Shown here piece by piece: positions 27,173 through 46,969 of a DNA stretch of 64,000 nt. Numbering within the stretch: position 1 is the first letter of the stretch; the number at the start of each line of letters is the position of its first letter. The notes beneath the pieces are model-generated. The model searched no databases. It had not been told where the DNA came from and worked only from the letters and a program-made list of their open reading frames with translations. This DNA is from Octopus vulgaris (lineage: Eukaryota), in NCBI GenBank assembly GCA_951406725.2, contig OX597829.1:46934001-46998000 (forward strand), in the 5' to 3' direction. Made by a program: the position numbers and the translations under genes.

Positions 27173-28973
27173 TTTGTCTTTACCAAAGTGGCTATTGGTT
27201 CTCATATTTGGTTGATCTTATGCCACTTCACCTCTAGCGGTGAATTGGCAGCTATTAGGCAATTCAAACCTGATAATTATTCCGACTCACTGCATTCGGA
27301 GTTCAAATACCTCTGAAATTAAATTAAGCTTTTATCTTCTTTGGGGCAATAAATAAAGTCTCAATCTAGCGCGACGGCCTGGATGCGTTACGGTATTTGT
27401 TCCCCACCCCCTATGCGCTCCGAGTTCATATCCTGTTGCGACCTGTTTAGATATAGACTTAACCCATTTCCCACTTTAATTAAATTCAGTATAGAACACT
27501 CAAACAGGTTGCCTGTTTGACATTACCTATTTCCTTCAGTCACCGAGGTCCTCTAAAACGCCTTTTAATCTTGAATAAATTAAATATATAAAACCATCAA
27601 AGACACTGCCGACCCTCTCGCTTCTCTTAATCTTGTCTTCCATATAGAATTCACATTTTCCAAAGCAAGAAATGAATACTACGCTCTTTACTTCCAACCC
27701 AAAATGTATCCACTTTTTTTTTTAAAATTTTCATTCCATGCTTTCCCTGCAATCATCATTTTTGGAACTATTCATAAAGAATAATAACTATTTCGGTGTC
27801 ATCAATCTTGGAGGAACGACGAAGAAACGCAATGAGTTGACCACCATGAAGAACAAACCAATAAAAAGGAAAATTTAAATTGCGTCCTCTATCTGAATAG
27901 TTCTTGAATATGTTACCGATTCGTTCCTTGGTTCCCTCTTTGTCTTTTTTTATGTAAACGAAATTTTCATTTAGATGATAAACTGTTAGATGTGCTTCCT
28001 ACGTTCACGAGATAGATGCAAAATTTTTCTATCTCTGGAAAGTTGGAATATTGCGTTTAATTGAACTCAATATTTGATTTATTGAACCACAGCGTAAGCG
28101 TAAAAGACATATTAAATCTACAGTGGCTTCAATAAAAGGTACTGCATTTTGGACAGCCTGAACCAGTTCTTAGATTCAATTACTGTAGCAGCCATTTATA
28201 TTCCTTGACAGAATTTCCATGACGTATTCACTATATTTTGTATTTGGATCTGAGATTAAATCTAACTCAAAACCTGAACTGAAATCTTAAATTTTCCATG
28301 TAGACATTTTGGATTTTGGTTTGTAATCTTTAGTTTCTTACTCGAAATAAAAAAAAATATTCCACAGACTGATTCAATCCACTATGCGCTCATCCAAAAT
28401 AGGTGCCCTAAGGTGGATATACTCTACAACAATGTTTCAATTAGCAGATAAAGTGGTGACGCCTGTCTCTTTTCAACTACGTAATACACTTCTCAAACTG
28501 AATTTGGCGAAAAATAAATCAATATTTTATTTCCCGTGTGACAAACAAAATCAGTTACTTGACCTTTTTCTTATGTCTGTCAACGGATAGTTAATATAAT
28601 TGAATTCGCAAGACGAGGGATGTAAGATGCTAGGATTTTGTCCAAGCTTTCTCAAGTGAATGGTAAAGTAATTTGAAATAAAGCATCGCACCACTTGATC
28701 GAGGATTCAACTTGCCTTGAACTCGCGTTCTACCCTACGGCGATCGCACATACGAATCTTGATTCAATAAGTAAAAATGGTTTCCGCGGAAAACATTAAT
28801 TCAAGTAAGTGGCTTCTTTTTACCTCGGGTCATATAACATAGTGACTTACCTAAATGTTATTTCGAATAGTAAAATAATGGTATTCTAGAAAAGCTATGC
28901 AGGAATATGATTGCTAGGTATATATTTACTTTTCGGTAATACAGCGCAATACTTTCTAAAGGAAGAGAAAAGA

Positions 28974-29034
<61 letters not shown>

Positions 29035-29641
29035 TATTATTATTATTATTAAATACGTTGATGATAACTTCGGAACGGAGGCGGTCAAAGTAAATATCTA
29101 TATTCGAGAGAGAGCAAGACATTAAGGTGATCAGATTGAGTGCTTGTACATGAGCAGAATTTATAAAACGGAAAGAGAAAAATTAGAAAAATAAGACAAG
29201 CTATATAATACAGCTATCGTCAAGTAGAAAATGCTGAAGCAAAGAGATAGCGTTATTAGATATTTTACGACGATATTCAAATTCTCACTTTTACTTCCAG
29301 ATACTTATTGGTGCATACGATTAGTTTTTTGGGTTTTTTTTTTTTTTCTTAATCCAGAGGACACAATCTTTTGATATCAAAACGTATTAAAAGGGACAGC
29401 AAGGGTTATAACCCGCACCGAAGATGTCCACTAATATGATTAAATTTAAACCGGTTTGCGTTGGCTGCATAAATCATAATATAAATACATAATCCCTGCG
29501 TGTGGATGGATGGATGGACGGTTGACAGACTTAGAGAAAGACAGATAGAATGAAATATATATATATAAAGAGAGAGAGAGTGAGAAAGAGAGAGAGTGAG
29601 AAAGAGAGAGAGTGAGAAAGAGAGAGGGAGGGAAAGTGGTT

Positions 29642-29676
<35 letters not shown>

Positions 29677-29774
29677 GGTTTAAGTAATTGAGATTCAAGT
29701 GAGTTCTAATGAATTCACATGAATATGGTCCTTAACTAGGATGCACCGGAAATTTATTTGGTGTTAACCAGCCC

Positions 29775-29897
<123 letters not shown>

Positions 29898-30194
29898 CGT
29901 AACAGAGAGAGAGAGTGAGAGTGAGAGAGAGTAAAAATACGTAGGATAAGTGGGTAGATAGAAAGGAAGGGAATAGAGAGGCACGTAGGCAAGGATATGG
30001 TAGAGAGGCAGATAGGTTGTTGGATGGATTGATGGATGGGTGGATAGATCGATGGAGGGATCGATGCAAGAATGGATGGATGGATGGATTAGCACTTTTG
30101 AAGGATATCCAAAATGCATGAAGAAGCACACTTATAAACATTGATGTATTTATGAAGAATGCGTGAAATGCTTTTGCCGCCAGGCCCAGTCTCT

Positions 30195-30611
30195 TTTACT
30201 CTTCTACTCTTTTACATGTTTCAGTCATTTGACTGCGGCCATGCTGGAGCACAGCCTTTAGTCAAGCAAGTCGACCCGAGGACTTATTCTTTTGTAAGCC
30301 CAGTACTTATTCTATCGGTCTCTTTTTGCCGAACCGCTAAGTAACGGGGACCTAAACACACCAGCATCGGTTGTCAAGCAATGCTAAGGGGACAAACACA
30401 GACACACAAACACATACACACACATACATACATATATATATATATATACGACAGGCTTCTTTCAGTTTCCGTCTACCAAATCCACTCACATGGCATTGGT
30501 CGGCCCGGGACTATAGCAGAAGACACTTTCCCAAGATGCCACGCAGTGGGACCGAACCCGGAACCAGGGGGTTGGTTAGCAAGCTACTGACCACACAGCC
30601 ACTCCTGCGCA
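30195..30611 (-). mobile_element. SINE group A, full length
   Basis: Same blocks as 2115-2557. Confidence 0.9.
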
Positions 30612-30999
30612 AGTGTATATACATTTGTTGAAATGCCACTAATTTATGTATTACCAACACCCTACTTGTGCTTTACTACACACACATACACAATGACTAA
30701 CCCAACCATTCTTTTATTCTTTTACTTGTTTGTCATTTGTCTCCGACCATGCTGGAGCACCGCCATACATATATTTTTACCTTTCATTTTTTTTACGTCT
30801 CATCTTCTGCTCCTTCTGTTTCTCCTCCTCCTCTTCCTTCTCCTTCTCCTCCCTCTACCCATATTCTTCTACCTATTCCTTTACCGTCATCGTCTTCTAC
30901 TTTTCCTCCTCCTTTGTCATACGTTTCTTCTTCTCCTCGTCCTTGGCGGGATGGGGTTGACTTTCATAGGAAACAACTTTAAACTTTTGTTAATCTTAC

Positions 31000-34000
<3,001 letters not shown>

Positions 34001-34115
34001 CAAAATTTGGAGTTTTAAGAAATACGATGATATAAACATGAGTAACTCTATTTTATCTCTCTTTTTCTCTCCTCTCTCCCTCTAACATTTTATATATATG
34101 TCCTCATGCAAGCAT

Positions 34116-34169
<54 letters not shown>

Positions 34170-34184
34170 ACACATATATATACA

Positions 34185-34350
34185 TAGGCGCAGGTGAGGC
34201 TGTGTGGTAAGAAGCTTGCTTCCCAATCACATGGTTCCGGGTCCAGTCCCACTGCGTGGCACCTTGGGCCTGTGTCTTCTACTATAGCCTTGGGCCGACC
34301 AAAGCCTTGTGAGTGGATTTGGTAGGCGGAAACTGAAAGAAGCTCGTCAT
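34185..34350 (+). mobile_element. SINE group A head half
   Basis: GGCGCAGGTGAGGCTGTGTGG...GAAAGAAGCTCGTC then (TA)n. Confidence 0.85.
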
Positions 34351-34794
34351 ATATATATATATATATATATAAGCAAAATAGCTAGTTGTAAAATCTCAAG
34401 AAGAGATCTTAGGAGCAACTACTTTACTAACAAGTAAAGCTAATCGCCACATAAAAGTCGCTCTTCCATGATACTACTAGTTTAACCCCAGGCAGATCCG
34501 CCGCCAGCTGGTTATCGGTGCCAGTACGCATTCAGATGCACATACAAGCATATACGTATACAAAGCTAATACAACGCCATTTATCAATCACTGTATTTAC
34601 GGATGTCATGTCTATATGTGTAATAAGTATTTTCATCTGATTTAAGATGGTCGTTTCCTTCTTTTATTAAGTAATCGTCAGAGGTCGCTTATCTCAATCT
34701 TCTAAACTACTGAAAGTTTGTAGCGTACGACATGCGTAGAAAATATTACGAATTTGGCAACCAGAAATTTATTACTACAGAACGACAAGAGCAT

Positions 34795-35242
<448 letters not shown>

Positions 35243-35311
35243 GTTCTTCTTCTTCTTCTTCTTCTTCTTCTTCTTCTTCTTCTTCTTCTTCTTCTTCTTC
35301 TTCTTCTTCTA

Positions 35312-35374
<63 letters not shown>

Positions 35375-36028
35375 ATCATTATTATTATTATAGAACGACC
35401 ACAACAGTATGGGTTATGAATAAATATGCATACGATGTCATACCGTTTGAAAGCACTTCGGTTTAAACACGAATTCAAAAATGAAAACGGATTGAACTTG
35501 TGTGAACTTGTGTGTGTGTGTGTGTCTGACTGTCTGTCTGTGTGTGGAGTGCATATTGAATAAACATATGGATAAAATGAAGCCATTCATCTATGTATTC
35601 AAAATACCCGCTGTATAGGTGTTTTTAGTTATTAAATCCAGGTTCTCAACCTTCTGAAATTATATGAATTTTACAATAACTGGCATAATTTTGCTTTCAA
35701 TTCCATCAGTACTTCTACATTGTTTATCTTCGGTACCTTGGAAAGTAAAAGTAAGCGACATAGGGTGATTTTTTTTAATATGAAAAGAGATTAGTGTGTT
35801 TGGTCCTGGTTTTGTTGTTGACAAAAGGTTTGCAGTACTAGAAATCCCTTTTTTATCAGCAAGACTAAATATGTGTGTGTGGTTGTGTTTGAGCAGATAT
35901 GTGGAAGGGAGTGTCAGAGTGTGTCAGTATGCATATATACATATATATGCCTGTGTATATGTTGGTTTGCAGATATATATATATATATATATATATATTT
36001 GTGTATGTATATATGTATATAAATTTTA

Positions 36029-36330
36029 AATAATAAGGGTGAAAAATTGAATATTAATTTGATTAATATAAATTTAAAACCAGTGGTCTAGCATATTAAA
36101 ATCTGAAGATACAAGAAAATTATATTAAATACATATAAGAGGGATGACCACTATGTGGACATCCATTATGCTAGAAGTAGATCCGCTATGGTCTTACCAC
36201 TAAGAAAGGAATGTTCTCAAGAAAAATTTTACCAAGCGCCAGAACGTAAGCGAGCAAGACAAATGAAATTTCTTCTAACATAATGGATATCCACGTAGTG
36301 GTCATCCCTTCTTATATGTATGAATATATA
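36029..36330 (-). mobile_element. PLE-type non-coding fragment with ~49 bp inverted repeat
   Basis: Terminus shared with 49805-49880; IR 36129-36177/36272-36321; TA-rich flanks. Confidence 0.55.
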
Positions 36331-36922
36331 TATATATATATATATATGCAAAATATGTGGGGTGAGTTCACAGGTGATCTAAACGATTAGGTATGCTAGT
36401 TAAGTGCTGTAATGGATTACTAGGGTTCCAAGGTTATGGGGCCATTGCAGATTTCCGATTTGCGGATAATTTGTATGCATATTTCTATACACACACATAC
36501 ACGATTTAATGTGTGTGTGTGTGTGTGTTTCTAATGTTCTCTTAAAGATGTAGGTGCATTCATGCGTATATATCCATATTACCATATAATTAATTAAATC
36601 AACTGAGATCTTTAATTATCTAATTTATTTCCAGTAAGTGTCTTCAATGAAGATATAGCTTGCCAACTTGTGCATGGGTGTGGCTAATTCTGGAACAGTT
36701 TACGCGTGAATATTTTCTTTCAGTTTGTTCACGAACGATAATTAAAACTAAAAACGTAAAATATTCCCTGGGGATGAATGTAGAAAGAAATGTCTTGCTC
36801 ATGTTGTCATTGAACATTGGTTGTTTACGATTATTGTAATTATCATCATCATCATCATCATCAGCATCATCATCATCATCATCATCATTATCATCATCAT
36901 CATTATCATCATCATCATTATT

Positions 36923-36969
<47 letters not shown>

Positions 36970-36996
36970 TCATTATTATAATTATCATTATTACTA

Positions 36997-38659
<1,663 letters not shown>

Positions 38660-38700
38660 ATTATTATTATTATTATTATTAATATTATTATCATTATTAA

Positions 38701-38757
<57 letters not shown>

Positions 38758-38778
38758 TATTATTATTATTATTATTAC

Positions 38779-38815
<37 letters not shown>

Positions 38816-40028
38816 ATTATTATTATTATTATTATCATTATTATTATTATTATCATCATCATCATCATCATTATCATTATTATTATTACTATTAATATTA
38901 TTATTATTATCATTATTTGCTGCTGTTGTTCTTTTACTACTAATACTACTATAACTACTACTGCTGCTGCTGCTACTATTATTACTACTAGTATCCGAAA
39001 TTCTAGAACTGTTAGCGTTGACACTCCTTTATATTCACAGATTCCTGCAATGGGAACTTGGAATTTTATTTTATTTTACTTTTTTAACATAGTTGAAGAC
39101 ATCTTCCGGAAAAGGAACGTTTTGGAATTCTCTTAATGTTTCCTACAATTAAGAGAGGAAGAAGGGAGAAAAAGAGAAAGAGAGGGGCGACTATTTTCTC
39201 CGCCATTTGCAATAATCGAACTGGCATTTTATTCAAATTCTAAACAAGTTTGACGTTTGATAAATGAGTGCCGTGGGAGGCAACCATGATAGCTTTTGTA
39301 GCAGAAGTCTTGGGGCTAATACTTACCTACCAGGAAAAAATTTGCTTACCGGAGCGGAAAAGTAATTTCATCCGAAAATGAGTAGGAAAAATTGTAATGC
39401 ATGTGTGAGTGAGCAATGGAGGAGAAATAAAAAAAAAAGAGAGCGAAACAGACAGACAGACAGACAGAGTAACTGACAAAGGCTGACAGACAGACGATCA
39501 GACATACGCAGGCAGGAACTGTAGTATTGTGGTCCTTAACAATAATACCGAAGGTTAGTGGAAAATTTTCGAACAACAATTGTAACAATCGTAACAACAG
39601 CAGCAGCAGCAGCAGCAACATGGCTAACGGAAAACAAGAATAACAATAGCACCAAAGACAGAAATAATAATAATAAGTGCAGCAATTACAAAAGTAGCAA
39701 CAATGGCCTTTTGCCATTTTTCATTGAAACAGACTTCCTTGCCTTCCTAGCAACCAGAAATGGTAAGGAGGAGAAACGAAAATAACCACAAGAACAATGG
39801 TGATGACAACAAGCCATAACGGCAGAAACGAGTGTCACGACAACATTAACGTGGCCACCACCACCACCACCACCGGCATCATGCCACAAACGAGTTTGAC
39901 AGAAATTCAATGAATTCCTTATCCCACGAGCAATCCGAAACCATCACCACCACCACCACCACCACCACCATCATCACCGATATCGGGTTTCCAAATGGCA
40001 TGCAGCTGTTTGTAACTACGATATACCA

Positions 40029-40063
<35 letters not shown>

Positions 40064-40362
40064 TAAAATCAAACGTTCCACGCTTATCTTGCTATCGAAC
40101 GATTAAGGATCAACCGCCAATAATAGATAAATCCCGGACCCTTCCCAACTTCTCACACACCAGCATGAACAACAGATAGCGTAGCCAGAGCAGCAAAACC
40201 TCAACAAAAATTCATGCAAACAGTAGCAATAGCAGAGAGTAACAGCACTACTTAAATAACAGCTCTTCCACCAGCACCACAATGAAGCACGTATCTTGCC
40301 AATGAAACAAGTTCAATGAAACAAGGCGTTCAAACTTTTTCCTTCTTCATTCAACAAGCTTG

Positions 40363-40724
40363 TAGGCGCAGGAGTGGCTGTGTGGTAAGTAGCTTGTTTA
40401 CCAACCACATGGTTCCGGGTTCAGTCCCACTGCGTGGCACCTTGGGCAAGTGTCTTCTACTATAGCCTCGGGCCGACCAAAGCCTTGTGAGTGGATTTGG
40501 TAGACGGAAACTGAAAGAAGCCCGTCGTATATATCTATATATATATATATATAGGCGCAGGAGTGGCTGTGTGGTAAGTAGCTTGTTTACCAACCACATG
40601 GTTCCGGGTTCAGTCCCACTGCGTGGCACCTTGGGCAAGTGTCTTCTACTATAGCCTCGGGCCGACCAAAGCCTTGTGAGTGGGTTTGGTAGACGGAAAC
40701 TGAAGGAAGCCCGTCGTATGTATG

Positions 40725-40780
<56 letters not shown>

Positions 40781-40994
40781 TTTGTGTGTTTGTGTGTCTG
40801 TGTTTTGCCCCTAGCATTGCTTGACAACCGATGCTGGTGTGTTTATGTCCCCGTTACTTAGCGGTTCGGCAAAAAAGGACCGATAGAATAAGTACTGGGC
40901 TTACAAAAGAATAAGTCCTGGAGTCGAGTTGCTCGATTAAAGGCGGTGCTCCAGCATGGCCGCAGTCAAATGACTGAAACGAGTAAAGGAGTAA
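40363..40994 (+). mobile_element. SINE group A with tandemly duplicated head
   Basis: 40363-40528 repeated at 40553-40716 across (TA)n. Confidence 0.9.
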
Positions 40995-41330
40995 GCTCCT
41001 CCAGCTTCAAGATCTCATTGTGGATCCGGATCGACACGACCCCGGACTGAAAAGCTTACAATGTCGAGGCAAAAGGGGTGACACCAAATTTAAAGCTGAA
41101 GGTATCAATGAAGCAGCAGAAATTCCATCGAGCAGTCACTTGCATCATCAACTGTATAAGCACCTTCAGAGCAACAAAAACATTAAACCAGTTAAAGATA
41201 TTACTGACAACGACATTGATAATAAAATTATAAAACAGAAAAAATAAACGATCACACCTCTAACAAAAACACCAAAAGATACAACAAAAATATTAATGGT
41301 AAGTAATGGCCGTTCAAAAATACGCTGTGA

Positions 41331-41715
41331 AAGGCGACGATCTGGCAGAAACGTTGGCATGCCGGGCGAAATGCTTAGCTGTCTGCCGCTACGTTCTGAG
41401 TTCAAATTCCGCCGAGGTCAACTTTGCCTTTCGGGATCGATTAAATAAGTACCAGTTATGCACTGGAGTCGATATAATCGACTTAATCCCTTTGTCTGTC
41501 CTTGTTTGTCCCCTCTGTGTTTAGCCCCTTGTGGGTAGTAAAGAAATAGATATTTCGTCTGCCGCAACATTCTGGTTTCAAATGCTACCGGGGTCGACTT
41601 TGCCTTTCATCCTTTCGGGGTCGATAAATTAAGTAACAGTTGCATACTGGGGCCGATCTAATCGACTGGCCCCCTCCCTAAAAATGTCGGGCCTTTTACC
41701 TAGAGTAGAAAAGAA
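41331..41715 (+). mobile_element. SINE group C with duplicated 3' block
   Basis: Same architecture as 8155-8542. Confidence 0.8.
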
Positions 41716-42401
41716 ATACGCAATAAGGAACGTAAATGTTGAACAGAAAGAAAAAATAAATACTTTCCTCGCTTCAATTATGCACTGACGTCTGGCCGTC
41801 AGACATTCCTTGCTCCAAGAATTAGAGATGGCGTTGTTTTTCTCTCTCCCTAGTGAGTAAATCCATCAGCTGCAAACGCCCATACTGGAAGTGATTTTCA
41901 GATGCTACAAAAATTTTCATTCCAGTTGTTTTTTATCAGAGTGTCCTATATTATTGCCTATCGATTACATTTGAAATAGGGAACACAATAACGCAGCAAA
42001 TCGAATCTAAATACGATTGACCACCTGTGCAAGAAAATACTCTTTGGTTTTGACATCAAACCCAAAATGACTATTGAAATGACATTGCGAAGACACTATC
42101 GTAATTTAGAATGCAATACAAACATTCCACATGACAGCACATAATAAAACGGATACATTAATTTTTTTTATGCCAAAAATGACAATAGTGTACTAATTGT
42201 CGACAAAGCCATACCTAATTACTATAATACTGAGGACAAACAAGCTAAAACGTTATGGAATTACGTTGACTTTGCTATTACATTAAAAAAAATGATAATT
42301 ATGGTTGTTAAGAAATGTGACAATAACCTCATTTGTAAGTGATACAATTAAGAGAAATGCGCAATCACATCTGCAAAAAGCATTTGAGAGATTACGTATA
42401 C

Positions 42402-42445
<44 letters not shown>

Positions 42446-42599
42446 CGTAACATACAATACAAGGATCTGTGCATATTGTTTAAAACATTCTTACGCACCT
42501 TTTATTAACCTCCGACGTTTTTTATGCATATTTTCCCAGATGAATTTCGGTAAGATTTTTTTTTTTCGAAAATAGCTTGTTGTTTATCAAATGAATAGT

Positions 42600-42662
42600 A
42601 ATAATAAATACTACTACTACTACTACTACTACTACTACCATCAACATCATCATCATCTTCAT

Positions 42663-42694
<32 letters not shown>

Positions 42695-42802
42695 TCACCA
42701 TCATCATCATGATCGTCATCATCACACCATCATCATCATCATCGTCATCAGCATCATCATCAACATCATCACCATCCTCATCACCACCACCACCACCGTC
42801 AC

Positions 42803-42834
<32 letters not shown>

Positions 42835-42883
42835 ACTTCATCATCATCATCATCATCGTCATCAGCATCGTCATCAGCATCGT

Positions 42884-42915
<32 letters not shown>

Positions 42916-43070
42916 TCGTCGTCGTCATCATCATCGTCGTCGTTGTAGTCGTTGTCAGCGTCGTCGGCAACATCATTGTAGTCGTTGTCTTCAAATATTA
43001 CTCGTCGGCGTCATCACCATCATCATCATCAGCAGCAGCATCGGCGGCATCGTTGGCATCCTCATTGTAG
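42600..43070. repeat. Degenerate (CAT)/(CAC)/(CAG)/(CGT) trinucleotide tract
   Basis: Direct inspection. Confidence 0.9.
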
Positions 43071-43473
43071 CTGTTATCTTCATTTTTTATCCCCCCCCCT
43101 TTTTTGTCCTCTTTCTCTCCTTTTACGATCCCTTTTGATCGAAAACTAAACCCTCTTTTTTTTACCCCCAAAAGAAAACCTCTACCTTGTAATTTGTCCT
43201 GTCTGTGTGCAGCCCTGTGTGGCTAATAAAGAAACATATCTTCAAATATTGTTGTCGTCGTCGAAGTCGTCTCCGTTGTCTTCAAAGTTTTCAGTGCCTT
43301 CGTCACCCTGGTTGCCGTCGTCACCGTGGTGGTCACCATCGCCGTTATAGCCGTCGTCTTCATCATTCCTGAGCCGCAGCAGAAGCGTCGTCATCGTCAC
43401 CAATATCACAATCAACATGGCCATCGTCGTCATTGTCGTTGACGTCGGTGTCATCATCGTCACAACAATTTTA

Positions 43474-43566
<93 letters not shown>

Positions 43567-43567
<1 letters not shown>

Positions 43568-43780
43568 GACGGCGACCTGATAGAATCGTTAGCACACTGG
43601 ACGAAATGTTTAGCGGTATTTCGCCCGTTGCTACGTTCTAATTTCAAATTCCGCTGAGGTCGACTTTGCCTTTCATCCATTCGGGGTCGATAAAGTAAGT
43701 ACCAGTGAAACAATGGCGTCGATCTAATCGACTAATCCCCTCTCCACAAATTTGAAGCTTTGTGCCTATAGTAGAAAGAA
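43567..43780 (+). mobile_element. SINE group C
   Basis: Head AAGACGGCGACCTGATAGAATCGTTAGC plus central block. Confidence 0.8.
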
Positions 43781-43786
43781 TTATTA

Positions 43787-46394
43787 TTATACTGTGTTTA
43801 TTATAATACTGTGTTCGCATCCAATCAGTCCTCTTCCCCCTCTTTTTCTTGGTACATACAGTCTGTCTGTGTCACTTTTTGGGTGGAGTATCCCATGTCT
43901 TGTCAGCAAGATACTTGTCTTTCTGACTAAGCTGTTTAGTTCCTCTACTGTCCATGCGATTACCCCTTCTCTACATCTAAAGAGTGAAACCGCCCAGGTG
44001 TTGATAGTTTCAATCTTATTCCGTCCATTTAATTTGGACTTAAGGATCAGACTCAGTCCGCGCAAGTACTCCACTTTAAATTTTCCTGTCATTTCTTTCT
44101 CTATCAATTTATCCATTTCCATTATCCCCAGGTACTTATAACCCGTCTCTTCTATTTGCTTCCTAACCTCCGCCGACGGTATCGCTAGCCCGTCCACACA
44201 TTTAATTTTGCTTCTCTTCAAGACTAACACACCACACTTTCTCAGTCCGAACTCCATTCTGATATCAGCACTGAAAGTATACACCCTATCAACGAGGGAA
44301 CTGACTTGGAATTCATTTTTACAATAAAGTCTGTGGTCACCCATGAATAACAAGTGGTTGACTTTTTGTTGACGGCACTTGAATACATACCCAGCTTTTG
44401 CTTTCCTCAGAATCAGTGCTAGTGGTGTCATGCATAGTACAAAGATCAGTGGGGACGGGCAGTCTCCTTTGAAAATTATTCTACTGATTTCTATTGTTCC
44501 TAAACATCTTCCATATGCTGTCAGCTCCGTCCTCCACTTCGCCATACATTTTCCAAGCAATCGCTCAACATTCGATGCAATACCAAATCGGTTCATACAT
44601 TTCATAATCCAAGAACTTGGAATCATATAGTATGCCTTACGATAATCTATCTATGACATGGTTAAGTTACTTTTCCTCCTCTTGCAGTCTCTAAGTACAG
44701 TTTTGTCTACCAGGAGTTGATCCTTGGTACCTCTGCACTTACGCTTGTAACTTTTCTGCTCGTGTAGAAGGACTCCAGTTTTACCAGATATCCGTATATT
44801 GTCTCTGCGACTATTCTAGTCAATAATGTTCCACATAAGTGGCAAGTAGGATATCGGCCTGTAATTGTCTACCGTATTGCATTTTTATATGTTTTTCAAG
44901 CACAGCACTGTGCTTGAACCACTCTGGTGTTACTTGGTCGGCATTTAATGAGGTGTTGAGTTGGGCAGCTATTCATGTATGACATTCACCAAATCTTTTG
45001 ATCAGTAACCTTGAACTCCATCTGGTCCCGAGGCCTTACAGTTGCCTATTTTTTGCTGATTTCCTTCACTTCTCTATCTGAAATTGCTAGTTCTGTCTGT
45101 TTTGGACAGACTACTGTTTGTTTCAGTTCTTGCAACCTTTCAGCATCCTTCTTGTTGTTCTTGTCTTTGCTCCAAATGTCATTCCAAAACCTTTGACTTT
45201 CAATGTTATCTGGTATCAACTTTTTATCTTTTCACTCTTCATTTATTTCTTTGTAGAATTTCTTCTGATCTACTCTAAATAACCTATTCTGCTGGTATCC
45301 TTTCATTCTTTGGTGGTATCTTACCATCTTTGCTTTCTTTGCGATGAGGCGCTGTTTCAGTTCCTCCATTGCCAATTTCAGGCCCTTTCTTTCACTATCG
45401 TATTTACAGTTCAATGACCTGTATTTCTGTTCGCTTTTAAGCTTCCCTTCTCTTTTCAGTCTAACACACAAATGTCCTTCGAGAGCATATCTAACCCTAT
45501 CTCTATTCTTCTTTTCCACCATGAATCTTTTCTTTTGACACCCCCCTTATATTTCTATTTCTTGATCAAAGTATTTGTGTCTGTGATGTTTTTCGTTCTG
45601 ATGTATTTCAGAATTTCATTTACATTTTTCGTTTCTTGGTTCAATTTCCACCGATAAACCTTTTTAACGTTGCAAATAATGTCACTATCGTTCTCCTATA
45701 AGCTTGCCTTTATTCTGTCATAGATTGCCTTTCGCCCATCTGTCATATCACCATGAGTTTCATTGTCGTCTTCCAGACCATTTATATGTCTCTCATCGAG
45801 AAAGCCATCACTGTTCCTTTTCTCTGGTTTATTAGAGATCTCACCTCTGTTTTCTGCTATGAGATTCTGCTATCAGTAAGAACTATATTTTCATCGTTTC
45901 CTCTGCTGCTATTTTCCAAGACCCGTTTTTTTGATAACTTCGAACTCTACTTCTGTGAACCAACGATTTTTTCGTATTGCTCTAGCTTGACCACATAATC
46001 TCTGTTCCGTGAGTTGAAACAATCCCCTTTCTTTCCATTGATCATACATACGTTGTCGGTATCCTCTAATAAGAGCACTATTTTCGTCTACAGGGTTGCT
46101 CAGGTAGTAACACTCTATGACCACAGCATTGTTCCATCTACGCCGAGTATGCTAATCCATTGCGAATAACAACAGGCTGGAGCCGGACAAGTATTTCCGA
46201 GACTGCCGGGTGGAACACTGTCACCATCAGGAGCTTCAGTTTCATTGCTACCGCTATTCACAATAATATGTATTTTCATTGTAACTCATATGAGGAAGCG
46301 ATTATCAGGTTGCACAATTATCAGTGTTTTTATTGTGACACCAGCACTAGATGTATCATCAATCAGGACATGGAGAGATTCCAACCGCTTCCTT

Positions 46395-46396
<2 letters not shown>
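43787..46396 (-). pseudogene. Degenerate R4/Dong-clade retrotransposon: 5' region and reverse transcriptase
   Basis: [23 protein letters not shown]; [11 protein letters not shown]; IDYRKAY; FKGDCPSPLIFVL; NHLLFMGD; YKYLG; LNGRNKIETINTWAV; HPKSDTDRLYVPRKRGGRGL; many stops and frameshifts. 5' end abuts (TTA)n. Confidence 0.9.
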
Positions 46397-46425
<29 letters not shown>

Positions 46426-46969
46426 CATCACTGATATTATTTTCATTTTTTACTATTGGTCATTGTTAATATTTCCTATAATCCGACATGAGCATTATCT
46501 AATTGTCATTAACACATTCGTGTTAGTACTAGGCTCCGGAACTTATCTGTTAGCGCAGACAATTTGATAGAGTACGGCTTCTATAATTATAAACAAATAA
46601 ATGTACTCAAACGAGTTAAAAAAACAAACTAATATTTACCCCTATTTTTTCCGTGGGGGTATGTATTTGTTTAATGCCGTGTGTGTGTGGGGGGGTAGGG
46701 GGTAGTAATGACTAGTCTTTGTCTTTTAGTTTTGTCAGTATTCATCATTATCATTAGGCTATTATTAAGGGGATACCACAACATGGCCGTAGTCCAATGA
46801 CTGAAACAGGCAAATGAGAAAAGTTAAAAGATAGATAATTATATCTCTTGCGACTTAAACGTCTGTTAGCTGCTGTATTGCTTCAGCTTCTGTTTATATT
46901 TGTTGACTTGACTGAACCCCCCCCAAAAAAAATATATATATGTAGGCTTTGTTTTGTACATGTTTTCTG

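Noticed and set aside
34466-34540. Further HHR-like remnants (also 9955-9982)
   Set aside because: Core nucleotides too degraded to support a call.
39319-39334. ATACTTACCT matching the U1 snRNA 5' end
   Set aside because: Only 10 nt match and no downstream U1 body; at most a minus-strand donor-like site.
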